In this document: piece by piece, positions 24,643 through 36,865 of the stretch
Position numbering within the stretch: position 1 is the first letter of the stretch
Layout of the letters: each line of letters begins with the position of its first letter
Assembly (NCBI RefSeq): GCF_004010195.1
Contig: NC_057728.1
Coordinates: 43,643,458-43,707,457, forward strand
DNA from: Chiloscyllium plagiosum
Taxonomy: Eukaryota
Direction of reading: 5' to 3'
Length of the DNA stretch: 64,000 bases
The notes under the pieces: generated by a model
The model's input: the letters and a program-made list of their open reading frames with translations, nothing else
What the model was told of the DNA's origin: nothing
Database searches by the model: none
Translations under genes and position numbers: made by a program

Positions 24643-25269
24643 TGTTATGGACTAGGCCAGACCACTCAAAACATTCTTAAGCAGGCATCCCAGACCATAA
24701 CATTGCAATTTGTTTCTGTTACAGTACGGTGAAAATTTCCCAGAGTGATTTAGCTAGGTTGACTCCCAGGTTTTAAAATCTACAAAAATGTATTCATAAA
24801 ATTACACAATGAAACACAAAGAACAGAATAAAGAACCCCTACAAAACTCAATCTATCCTAACGAGACTTAATTATGCTGTTCTAAATGGACAACAACCCC
24901 AATAAGCAAACGTCCTTAAAAAAAACAGTAAAAATGGAACAAATGCTGATAGGTTGAAGTTAGAAGGGCAGAAGGAGAGCCTATTTCCATACAGCTGAAC
25001 TCCTAACTAGTTCTGGACTGAACTGCTCAGCTAGAGAGCTGACCACTCCCCTTTCATTATACAGGTCACTTCTAAAACATGACCACTTTGGCCTAAAGTC
25101 TCATCTGTTTACATATAAACAAAAAGGCCACTCAATACCCTTTAATCTCTGTACCAAACTAGTCTAATTGGAATCGGGAACTGTTTATGACCCCTCTGAA
25201 AACAACCAAGGACACAGTATCCTTGAAAAAAGGAACAGCTTTTAGCAAAAAAGGATCAGCTTTGTGACA
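24643..25269 (-). mobile_element. Solo Gmr1-family LTR
   Basis: tgttatggactaggccagacc...tgtgaca, start shared with LTRs at 10061 and 55584; TSD ACAC at 24639-42 and 25270-73. Confidence 0.9.
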
Positions 25270-25703
25270 ACACACACATACATACACATACACTCTATCA
25301 CGTGCACTCACACCCACACACTCACATGCACACTCAATCTGTCATTCCTCCATGCGCACACATATAAGCCTATGGCGTGAATTTGTTTTTGCAGAATTAC
25401 ATTTCATTTTGCTCAAAACTGCATGAGTCTATGCAAAACTCTACAAAACTATCCAGAGGATTTGTTAGTCTGACATAGCATTGGGACACAGACAGACTTC
25501 ACACCTATTATTTAAAAAGCTGAGCTATCTTGAGAATGTAATTTCAAAGAAGTTCTGGGATTTCCATATCAAAGAACAGAAACCAGCATATCCCATTTTA
25601 AAAGAAGAAAGTTTTAATCTCAGATTGTTTACTGTATCTCATCTCCATGACACTGGACTCCTTTGGCTATAAATTCTGTGAGCATGATCTTATCTTCCAC
25701 AAC

Positions 25704-25738
25704 CACCTGATGAAGGAGCGGCTTTCTGAAAGCTAGTG
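25704..25738 (+). ncRNA. Minimal hammerhead ribozyme motif with intact core
   Basis: cac-CTGATGA-aggagcggctttct-GAAA-gc-TA-gtg; stem I cac/gtg; self-complementary AGCT at stem III. Confidence 0.72.
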
Positions 25739-26289
25739 CTTCCAAATAAACCTGTTGGACAATAACCTGGCGTTGTGTGATTTTTAACTATGGTTTAATA
25801 GCACCATCTACAGGTAAAATAAATTATTGAAGTTTGAAACTAATTGCAATGCCCAAATACATTCAGCAGCAGTATAATTTTATTTAGCTGTTGTAATTAT
25901 ATCAGAAAACAGTTTACTCACATGCACACAATAGCAGTAAAATGTACTTCAAAGCAATACAGTTATTTGAGCAAATGCCGACCACCAGATAGTAACCAAG
26001 GAAGTAAAGCACACCCAATGTACTCGCATTCCAGTTTTTATCTGACCATTCTTCCAAAAATTAGATAAGTATATGAAACTGCTCACGTAAACGTTGTGCA
26101 AATCAGCAATGAAATCACATGCCCAGCAATGCAGTTTATAATTAAAAGATCATTACTAATTACTTTGTACTGTCATTACTAAGAAATTTATTATTCTTTT
26201 CTTTGGTCCTTCTTGATGTTGCTACACTTTGTAACAAATAGATTATCTTATAATCACAACTCTTCACAATGGGGAGCTTCCGTCACACG

Positions 26290-27652
26290 ATAGCTAAATA
26301 TTTACTTTGGTTCTGTGTTTACAAAAGAAGACATAAGTAATAAACAGGGTTAAGTGAGAGGAAAGAACTGAAAGAGATCAGTGTTAACAGGAAAATATAA
26401 AAGTAGGGATATACTTCTGAGGCTCTTTCAGGCTCTGGTCAGAACACAACTGGGGTATTCTGCACAGTTTTGGGCCCCATACCTCAGAAAGGTTGTACTA
26501 GCCCTGAAGTGTGTTCAGAGTTGGTTCATGAGAATGGTACCAGGAATGAAAAGCTTAACATATGAGGAACGTTTGAGGACCTGGGTCTATACTCAATGGT
26601 GTTTAGAAGGATGAGGGGGGATCTAATTGAAACATACAGATTACTGAATGGCCTGTAGATGTTGGGAAGATGTTTCCATTGGTAGGAGAGACAAGGTCCT
26701 GACCGCATAGCCTTAGAGTAAAGGGAAGACCTTTTAGAACGGAGGTAGGGAAAAAAACATCTTCACCTAGAGAGTGGTGAATCTATGGAATTCACTGCCA
26801 CATAAAGATGTGGAGGCCAAGCCTTAGAGTATATTTCAGACTGAGATAGATAGGTGCTTGAGTATCAAGGGGATCAAAGGTTACAGGGAGAAAGTAGGAC
26901 AATGGGGTTGAGAAATATATCAGCCATGATTGAATGGCTGAGCAGACTCAATGGGCTGAATGGCCTAATTTCTGCTCCTAGTTCTTATGGTCTTATGGAA
27001 AATGGGGGTGGGGAAATTGATGGGACTGGAAGCTGATAAATCCCCTGGGCTGGATAATCTACATCATAGAGTACTGAAGAAATGGCCCTAAAAATTGTGG
27101 ATGAAATGGTGGTCATCTTTTAAGATGCTACAGACTTTAGAACAGTTCCTACAGATTGGAGGGTAGCTCCTCTATTTAAAAAGTAAGGTAGAGAGAAAAC
27201 CAGAAATGATAGACCAGTCAGCGTGACACTGGTAGGGGAGAAAATGCCAACGTGCATCAGAAAAGATTCAGCAGCACAGCACTTGGAAAACAGGGGCAGG
27301 ATTGAACAGAATCAGCATGAATTTACCAAAAGAGAAATCATGTTTGACAAATCTACTGGAATTCTTTGAGATGTAACTCATAGAGTTTATGAGAGGGAGC
27401 CACTGGATGTTGTTTATTTGAACTTGTAGCAGGCTTTCGAAAAAGTCTCACAAAGGAGATTAGTGTGTAAACTAAAATGCATGGTGTTGGGGATAGTGTA
27501 TTGAGATGGACAGAAAACTGGTTGATAGATAGAAAACAAAAAATTAAGAATAAAATGGTCTTCTTTCCAAATGGCAGGCAGTAGTGCTAGCACCCCAGGT
27601 ATTCACAATATATATAAATGATTTAGATAATGGACCTAAATGTAAAATATCC
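26290..27652 (+). mobile_element. Nested CR1 fragments (3' end at ~26385-27000 inside an older ORF2 piece)
   Basis: ALVRTQLGYSAQFWAPY; tcttatgg tail; KADKSPGLD, DWRVA, YLNL.QAFEKV motifs. Confidence 0.85.
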
Positions 27653-29030
27653 TGTTGTGTATTTATCTAAGTACGTTGAACTTTAGAAGTCTGATCATGT
27701 AATGTCATGATGACATTGGCCATTTTGGATGGAAACAGTCTTGCTTGCTGCCTTGTAGAATGAATACTCCTTAATAAAAGCTCTTGTTGTTATAAACACT
27801 GCAGCCTTCTTTAAGTGTAACACAAGAAGAAAACTGGTGACTAGGATAAAAAAGTACTTTTACATCTTCCAAAGCAATACTCTAATTCATCAAAATAATG
27901 GTGCTGATTACAGATCTCTGAGGCACTTCAGAACAGAACATAAGACAAGTACAGTCAGCATGGAGAAAAAAAGTTTCAGCATAGGTCAGATATGAGTGCA
28001 GAGAGGCTTGCTGCATTCTTCACTCTGAAGGAACATTGTACTGTACTTAGAGTACTGTACTTAGAGGAACATGTTTTGAGCTTGGGTGTAGATTCAAAAG
28101 AAACAGGTAGCCCCTCAGGAATACCTTATTTTGAATAGAAAAAAGCAAGACAGCACTAAGATTTTTATGGTACATGTACAACACAAGTTCTTTCGCCTTT
28201 AAAATATATATAAAATGGCAGAAAAGTTTGGTGCTGTAGGATCAAATGAAATAGCGAACTAGAACACCAACATAGAGACATTCTATTATTTCGTCCAAGC
28301 TAGCAAAATTAAAGCAGATAAAGTCATCGCTGCTTTCTTGAGTATTCTGGGGAAAATAAACTTTTATTGTCCTGAGGAGTCTGATACAGCTAGAGAAGCT
28401 AGGTTCAAAACTCATGAAAAAACAGTAGGAATCCTACGGAACTAGTTTTCATCAAAACTAGTTTTCATCAAAGTGCACGTTCTCCATGATATAAAAATGG
28501 CTTAAGAAAAGGTTAGACCTTCAGTCTGGCTATTGGCAGTGACATCATCAAATACTCGGACAGTCATTTACTGAATGGTAAACTACTCAGAATGGATTTG
28601 GACATTGGAGCAGCAGTTTCACTCATACCTGAATGTGTTTATGTAAAGCAGTTGACTCACATTGATCTGCAACTCAAAAATTGTATTAAGAATATACACA
28701 GGTAAAGCAGTGAGTTTAAGGGACTGTATCAATGAGAATGTCCAGTTATACAATCTATCTGAAGATTTGTCCTTACACGTTGTCAAAGGAAATCTTCCAG
28801 CTTTATTAGGAAGAATGTGGCTGCAGAAAATAAAACTTAATTAGGCTGAATTAAATTGCTTGTCAGATTCTGAAACTGAACTATCACAAACTCTAAAGAA
28901 ACATGCCACTGTTTTCATTTGGGATCTGGGAAGCATGGAAAAGATCTCTATAAAATTGAAAATCAATTATGGGAATCAAGGAAAAATGTTGCAAGGCTAG
29001 ATCAGTACTTTATGTAATCAGACCAAAGGT
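27653..29030 (+). mobile_element. 5' fragment of a Mag/K02A2.6-like Gypsy element (short LTR, PBS, gag, protease)
   Basis: TGTTG start; AATAAA; PBS-like TGGTGACTAGGAT at 27835; gag from MAEKFGAVG (~28216); protease MDLDIGAAVSLI...LRIYTG...PALLGRMWL. Confidence 0.78.
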
Positions 29031-30477
29031 AACTTTGGGTCAGGACTTCTGACTTCAATAAAGCCTTATTGGCTTGGATAAAAGGTCTTTCACATTGATC
29101 TTCTCATTTCCAATTCTAACTTTGGCATAATAAATTGTGCAACTGCTTGAGAATGGTTGCAAGATTTGTGACAAACCTGTCATAGTAATTTAGCAAGCCC
29201 AAAAATGATCATAGTTGGCTTGCATTTTAACTGGTGCCTCAGTTATGCCTTTTACTTTTGAAGGTGACTTGTAGTCTCTTAGCATTCATGACATAAATAT
29301 TCAATGGCAGGTAAACGACTATAATGTTGTACTTTTCATTTCTGCAGGGCAGTATTTAAATTTTTCAGGACTAAGGAATCTCAATCCGCTTACAAATCCA
29401 AGAAATTCAAAAAAATCAACAGTGCGATTGAAAACTGGTTATAACATTGTCTCACTTGCTCTTCATAGCATTCCTGAGACTGTATAACCTTTTATCTCGG
29501 ACCTGCCTCTTATTTCTAATCTTTGTGCATGTATGTTGTGCTCCTAGCCATTTCTTTGGTTAAATTACTTATTTTAAATGCTTCCATTTGAGTCTGGGAG
29601 AAAGTATCCATAAAGGAAGGGGTCTTTTGGGGTATACCATTTGGAACTGTAAAGTATTGGAAACGTCACCTAGAATCTAGTCATAACAGGACTCATGAAA
29701 TGGCACAGAGAATTTGAAGGGATATTGGAGTGGAACAGGTCCATGGGTGAGCATAGAAGAATTATGGGGGCATAAGACCTTTTGAACTCAACTTTTAACA
29801 GGCTCCTAAAAGCATACGATAGTTCATAACTCCTCTGACAGGCCATGAACCACAAGTCATAGGGAAGCTGTCTTGATTCCACAGAGGTTACACTGACTAG
29901 GAGATATCATCACTGCAATGGAACCAGCAGGTCAGGAATGTACAGTATGAGCTCACTACCCACAGCATCATCTCCTACCAGCAAAAATTTGGGATACAGG
30001 GAATGCGGTAGAAATTCCAAAATCAATTCTGGTCTGTTTTTAAGTGGGTTAGAAGTTAGGTTGCTCCCCTGCCAAACTCATATCAACCCTCCTCTGCTAG
30101 TTAACCTACCTTATAGAATATTAGGCCTAGGACACAGTCCTGGATCACCTCTTCAGTCATATATTAATTTGCCATATTTCATTGCTTCTGTACTTTCTTG
30201 CATGTGCTACTGGGAGTACTAATCTTTGAATACTACTTAAATTTTCCTAAATGACAACAGTCATTATGCTGGATCACAACTTCTATTGTTCCCTTTCTCC
30301 TTTAAAATGGTCTGCACAAGTTCCGTGATTGAACTTCCCAATTTGAACTTACTCCCAAAGTAAATTGCACCAAAATCTGGGCTTAAGTGTTGATAAGTAG
30401 TTATATCTTTGTGAACCCTGATTGTATTTGTACAAACAGCTACTCAAAATGACAAGCTGTTGAGAAGAAGGATTAGA

Positions 30478-31053
30478 AACCATAGTGCTGGAAAAGCACA
30501 GCATGTTAGGCAGCATCCGAGGAGCAGGAGAATTGACACTTTGGTAAAAGCCCTTCATCAGGAATGAGGCTGTGAGCCGAACGGGTGGTGAGATAAATGG
30601 GATGGGGGTGGGGCCAGATAGCTGAGTTTGGAATAGATAAATGGAGGTGGAGGTAATGGTGATAAGTCGGAGACGATGGTGGAACAGATAGGTGGGAAAG
30701 AGGATGGACAGGTTGGACAGGTCATGAGAGCGGTGCTGAGCTGGGGAGAGGGGAAATGAGGAAAACAATGAAATCCACATTGATGTCATGCAGTTGGAGG
30801 TTCCTGAGGCAGAAGATGACGTGTTCTTCCTCCAGGTGTGGGGTGGTTCGGGAGTGGAGATGGAGGAAGCCCAAGACCTGCATGTCTTTGGCGGAGTGGG
30901 AGAGGGAGTTGAAGTGTTTGGCCACGGGGTGGTGGGGTTTGTTGGTACGGGTATCCCAGAGATGTTCTCTGAAGCGCTCTGTGAATGGGCATCCTGTCTC
31001 CCCAATGTAGAGCAGTTGAGAAGAAGGGTCCAGAGTATAAATTGGGTGATCAT
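30478..31053 (-). mobile_element. Penelope-like element fragment (GIY-YIG endonuclease plus pLTR with a mutated hammerhead)
   Basis: IYTL..LLYIGETGCPFTERFREH..HPVAKHFNS; CTGATGAagggc at ~30550-30561 with the GAAA box altered. Confidence 0.9.
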
Positions 31054-31094
31054 TTAGGATTTCAATATTCATACTATAGCAATGACTAAGGGGG

Positions 31095-31318
31095 AGGCAG
31101 TAGCATAGTGGTAATTTCACTGGATCAGTAATCAACATATCATACCCAGGAGACATTACATTAAAGAAATCAAATTACAGGTGGTGAAATTTGCATTTGG
31201 GGCTCTTGTGGGGCAGTGGTAGTATCCTTACCTCTTGATCTCGGAGGTCAGGGTCTCGATCCTACCTACTCCAGAAGTTTATGATGACAACTTGAAACAA
31301 ATTGATTAGAAAATATCA
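31095..31318 (+). repeat. Two short tRNA-derived SINE head fragments
   Basis: A-box-like tagcatagtgg (~31100) and tggggcagtgg with B-box-like gtctcgatcc (~31210-31262). Confidence 0.45.
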
Positions 31319-31899
31319 AGAAATGGCTAAGAAGAAGATCATTTATGTACTTAGTCCTCAGTAAAATCATTTGAATTATTGAAGGACCAAACAATTGGGC
31401 TCCATGTGCCCTGACGTCTGTAAGTAGTGGATACAATGGTCTACTTCAATGTGAGAAGGCTGCTTGGATGAGCATTACGTGCTCAGGCTGAAGGTGAAAG
31501 ATCTTCTCAGATTGAGATAAAGGTCAGCCTTTCCAACCAATTTGATACATGGCTTTAGAACTTGCACCATACAATATCCAGTGCTAATCATTTTTGGCTG
31601 AACATGCATTCAGTTGCACAAGGAATCTCACTCCCACAAGCACTATTTATTTAAAGAGGGACATCCAAATTTCAAGTGAGTTACTTTTGACTTATATCTA
31701 TTGGAAAGTTTGTTTCAGCATTACGGATTGTTTTTGAAAGTTTGAGTAATTCATCCATTTAGAGACAGGGGATGTTGCCTATCCACACCAAGTACTTGTA
31801 CTTTGAGAGACTATAATTGTGGTACCTTTGAAATAGCAACTTTAGTGTTTAACAGAATTGAGACTGCAAATATGGTGAAACAATATACAGAAGGAGGAG

Positions 31900-32150
31900 C
31901 AAAAAGAGAAGGGCTTTATATGGAAGGACTCTCTGGCTTTCAGGGCGCACATTTCCGACATCTACTTCATCCAGATGCAATGGCTGAGAAACTTCAGATT
32001 CCACAATGATGAACTTATTCAGTAGTATTCACTGAAATGTGCATCAAAGTTCATTGCTGGCCTGTTGTGTGCTGCACAACCCCGCTATCATGAGGACACA
32101 TTGATATATCTTCAGAAGGAGGAGGAGACAGGAAGTCATCATTTGAAGGG
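31900..32150 (+). mobile_element. Possible PIF/Harbinger transposase remnant
   Basis: tgtgtgctgcacaaccccgctatcatgagg encodes CVLHNPAIMR, resembling the Harbinger C-terminal CxLHN motif, followed by an acidic stretch. Confidence 0.35.
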
Positions 32151-32252
32151 TCTATATTATTCAAAACAGATTATCCTAGAATGCATACTCGGATTCTAGC
32201 ACCACTGGTTAAGCTTCTGCAATTAGAGATGCCAACAAAAGCCAAAAAAAAA

Positions 32253-32578
32253 GTGGCATGGTGGTTCAGTGGTTAGCACTGCTGCATAGCCTTAGGGGAC
32301 CTTTAGCATGGAGTTTGCACATTCTCCCTATGTCTGCATGCATTTCCTTTGGGTGCTCTGTTTTCCTCCCACAGTCCAAAGATCTGCAGGTTAGATGGAT
32401 TGGCCGCACTAAATTGCCCATAGTATCCAGGGATGTGCAAACTAGGTCGATTAGCTATGGGAAATGTAGGATTACCAGTTTAGGGTAAGAGAAGTCTGGG
32501 TGGAATCTTTTAAAAGGGGTGGTGTGGACTCAATGGGCCAAATGGCCTGCTTCGCCACTGTAGGGATGCTATGATTCT
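32253..32578 (+). mobile_element. HE1 SINE with internal deletion
   Basis: ggcatggtggttcagtggttagcactgctgc head; ctaaattgcccatagt core; ctatgattct tail. Confidence 0.85.
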
Positions 32579-33084
32579 TAATACCTTCATCCAAATACAC
32601 ATCGAACTAAACAAACATAAATTAATGATTCATCCCTGTTCAACCTCTTGGTGCCTGCTTTGTTGGTGCCTTTGCCTGGGATAATGATTACAATCAGTGA
32701 TGGGGGCATAATGGAGGTATAGTGCATTGAGCAGCAAGAAAGGTTGGTGCAGCAGTAGTATCATTTCAAACGCATTCACTAACTTTGACCACCCACATGA
32801 AGCCACATATAGTTTTGGTCTCCATATTTATGAACTGACGTACTTGCATTGGAGGCAGCATCATGAAGGTTCATTAAATTGGTTCTGAAATAAGGGGTGG
32901 TCTGTAATGACAGGATGAGTAAATTGGGCCTATATTCTCTGATGTTTAGAAGAATGAGAGGCAATCTCAGAGAGACATTCCAAAGTGGTTTAATAGGATA
33001 GAAGCTTTGGGATGGTTTTTATTGGTCAGGGAATCTAAAACACAGGAGCTACAGTCTTACAATATACAGCCAATAATTTCAGAC

Positions 33085-35330
33085 TAAGACCATAAGATTA
33101 TAAGAAATGGGAGGAGAATTAGGTCATTTGACCATAGCTGATATGTTTCTCAACTCCATTGTCATGCCTTATCCTGTTAAACCTTGATCCACTTATTTAT
33201 CAAGAACCTATCTATCTCTGTCTTAAATACACTCAATGATTTGACCTCCACAACTTTCTGTAGCAATGAGTTCCACAAATTCACCACCCTGAAAGAGGTT
33301 CCACTTCATCTCTGTTCTAAAGGGTCACCCCTTCACTGAGGCTGTGCCCTTGAGTCTGAATCTCTCCTGTAAGTGGAAACATTTTCTCCATGTCCACTCT
33401 ATTCAGGCCTCTCAGTATTCTCTAAGTTTCAATCAGAGCCCCCTTATCCTTCTGAACCCCATCAAGTGCTCAACCACTCCTCATATGACAAGCCCTTCAT
33501 TCCTGTTAGCAGTCTTGTAAACATCCTCAAGCCCAGTCTAACAACAGCACATCATTCCTTAGATACAGGGACTGAAACTGCTCACAATATTTCAAATGCA
33601 GTCTGACCACAGCTTTACACATCCTTAGCAGTACATCTCTGCTGTTGTATTCTGGCTGTCTTGAAATGAATGCTAACATTGCATTTGCCTTCCTAACTGC
33701 CAGCTGAATGTGGATGTTAACCCTGAGGGAATCTGAACTAGGACTCCCAAAATCCTTCATGTTTCATATGTCCAAAGCCTTTCCGCATTTCGAAAATAGT
33801 CTATGCCTCTACTCCTCCTACCAAAGTGCAAAACATCTCACTTTCCTACACCGTATTACATCTATCACTTCTTTGCCCACTCTCGTAGCCTGACTAAGTC
33901 CTTCTGCAGTCTCACTGCTTCCTCAATATTATCTGTTCATCGACATATCTTTATGTCATCTCCAAACTTAGCAACAATGCCCTCAGTTCCTTCCTCCAGA
34001 TTCTTAATGGTATAACATAAATTGTTGCTGTCTTAATATTGACCCCTGCAGAACTCCACTAATCACTGACTGCCAAACTGAAAAAGTCCCCTTTATCCCC
34101 ACTCTCTGTCTTTTGCCAGTCAGGCAATCCTCTATGTATGTCAGTATACTACCCATAACACATGGGCATCTTATTTAGAAGCCTCCTGTGCAGTAACATA
34201 TCAAAGGCCTTCTGAAAATCCAAACAAGTCCACTGCTTATCCTTCATCTCACTTGCTCATTACCTCTTCAAAGAATTCTAACAAAATTTGTCAGGCATGA
34301 CCACCACTTCACAAAGATATGTTTACTCACCGCTACTTGACCATGCACCTCCAAGTGTCCCACAATTTCATCCTTAATAATAGACTCCAAAAATCACCAA
34401 CAACAAAGTTACCCCAGAAACACTTGACATTGCTGATCTACCGTCTTTACTGATAGGCTTCTCTTCCAATCAACTCTAACCAGCTTCTCCCTCATGTCTT
34501 TGCTGTTACCATTACTCAATTGTAATATTATTTCTTCTGTTTCCAGCTTTTCCCTCTCAAAGTGCAGGGTGAATTCTACCATATTATGGTCAGTGCCTCC
34601 TCAAGATTCCTTCACCTGAAGCTCTCTCATCAAGTCTGCCTTATCACACATCACCAAATCCTGAATTGCCTGTTCCCCAGTGTAATCTACCACAAGAAGC
34701 TCCAAAAACAAACAGCTTGTAGTCAGTCCATGAATTCCTTTTCTTGAGATGCACCACCAACCTAATTTTCCCAGTCCGAATGTATACTAAAGTCCCCATG
34801 ATTACTGTAATAATCTTTTAATGCCTTTTTCTGTTTCCTGATTTATTTTCTTCCCCACCTCTTGACTATAACTAGGACACCTGTGCATAACTCCTACCAG
34901 GGTCTTTTCTCCTTTGGTGTTCCTCAACTCGACTTGCACAGGTTCTGCACTTTCTGACTTTATATTGCTTCTTGCTTTCAATTTAATTTCTTACTAATAA
35001 GAAAGCACTGCCCCCTCTTGCCATCTGCCTGTTCTTTTGGCAGGATACCTATCCTTGGATATTTAGTTCCCAGCCTTGATTCCCTTGCAGCCACATCTCT
35101 GTGATATCCACAACATCACACCTGCCAATTTGAATTTGCACTACAAACTCATTTATCTTGTTTTGTACATAGCATGCATTTTATACAATAACCACAGTGC
35201 TGCGCTGATTGCCCTCTCCGCCCCTTATCATAGTTGTCTATTTTTCTGCTATGCCTGAAGCCTTATTCCTGATCCTTTCCATACTCTCTGTCCTATTTCA
35301 TGTGCTGTAGAAACTTTAATAACCTCTGCT
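33085..35330 (-). mobile_element. Decayed CR1 LINE inside a plus-strand CR1 3' fragment (~32800-33085, ~35380-35460)
   Basis: taagacc/cataaga tail; AVRKANAMLAFISR..KAVVRLHLKYCEQF; endonuclease remnants at ~34700-35100. Confidence 0.85.
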
Positions 35331-35873
35331 GACCCCTCCTTGACCCAACGACAACATTCACCAGGACTCTGGTCCCAGATGTGAAGATATTCTTTCACGA
35401 AAGGGTTGTGGATGGTCCATTACTAAATATATTTAAGGTGGAGATAAACCGATTTTTGGCCCTTTTTAAGAATGGCAGGTTGCCTTTAAGAGATGAATGT
35501 TAACAAAACATGCTCACCCTGCACATTGCTAAGTCACCTGCTGAGAATTCGGTCAACCTGTGGCATGGCTCTCACTCAGCTCAACGTCACAATCAGGCAA
35601 ATGAGGAGGAGTGCAAAGTTTGCTTGCTATCTGAAAATAGAAGGTCACAAGTTTTTTTTTAAACTTAATTATTTCTATCTGCAATTCCCATCTAAAAAGC
35701 ATTAATTTCTACTGTTATTTATATGACAATTTTCCCATATAACCTCATACATCCAAGTCGATAATTGAAAACTTATCTGTAACTTTGTTATTACTGTGTA
35801 ATTGCAGAATCTGCACACCAGGTGGCACTCAAAATATTTTGTTAAATAAAATCTTTCAACTTGTTTCCCAGTA

Positions 35874-36052
35874 CAGGTTGTTCTGCTATAACATACGTTT
35901 TGTCAATAAAAATTGCCTATAATGTGATTGACAAATAGCAGATACTGTTTCTAAAGCATAAACTTTAAAACATGTGTTGGCTATAATTCGACTGCATTTC
36001 CAACATGGAGTCGCACAAGAACACAACTATTGTGTTATAGAAGAACTACCTG
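35874..36052. mobile_element. Tigger-family MITE (179 bp)
   Basis: TIRs caggttgttctgctataaca / tgttatagaagaactacctg; TA on both sides; both ends resemble 13474-15731. Confidence 0.85.
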
Positions 36053-36349
36053 TACCAGTAATTTTTAATGCCCAAAAAAGACAAAAATAAAGTCCTAAAA
36101 AAACTTGTTTCACAGTAACAGGCTTGTTTGTATTCATTCACTGGATTATCATTTATTATCATCAAAGATTTTAATTAAAGGCCTCAGGTGCTTCCAAATG
36201 GTGTGAGCTAACTTTTTGTTGTGTTATAATCCCAATGAGACGGCCAATAGTTATGAGCTCAGTAGAGACCAACAACATTTTTATACCTGAGATATCCAGA
36301 TAATAGAATGAAACCATAAGGTTCATAGTTTAAATCAAAATAATTTTAC

Positions 36350-36377
36350 TAAATAAATAAATAAATAAATAAATAAA
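36350..36377. repeat. (TAAA)n microsatellite inside a CR1 3' fragment (~36280-36580)
   Basis: Seven tandem TAAA units. Confidence 0.9.
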
Positions 36378-36865
36378 AATAAGTAGAAACATGGAACATG
36401 CTGCCTGAGATGGTGGTGGAGGCAAGTACACTCGCAATAGTTAAGAAACATCTGGATGCGTATTTAAATGCCAGGACACAGTTAGCTATGGACCAAATGC
36501 AGGTTAATGGGATTAGTTTAGTTTAGCATTTGTTGGTTGGCATAAACATGGTTGGCAGAAGAGCCTGTAGAGCTCTATGAATCAATAACTGGCCATTGAT
36601 CTTAAAGATTTCAAAGTAGAATGAACGTAGTTACTAAATGTTCTAAATCCAATTTCTTAACCAAACCTTCCTTCTATACCTGCTGAACTTGCACCCCCAA
36701 AACTCAAGAAATGTATTTATCGGAATTTGGAAAATTGATCACTTGATCTGAGTATGATTCAAAGATTCTTTTCAGAGTTGCATAAGAATAAACATAGCTT
36801 CTGGCAAGAGTAAGTGAGCCATATTGTGGGATCTATTTCTCATGCAGTATAAATTGTAAAATAAA

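Larger units (their letters stand above)
20009..25793. mobile_element. Penelope-like element with a long inverted terminal duplication, hosting a CR1 and a solo LTR
   Basis: ~20048-20687 is the reverse complement of ~24530-24642 plus 25270-25788; GIY-YIG C-terminus AEQKLIAKFGTHGNGLNRDLGFMSHY (minus, ~24270-24350); candidate TSD TTTAATAGC at 20000-08 and 25794-802. Confidence 0.85.

Noticed and set aside
30349..31053. 234-aa ORF with a signal-peptide-like start
   Set aside because: Alternative frame over a Penelope GIY-YIG fragment and its pLTR
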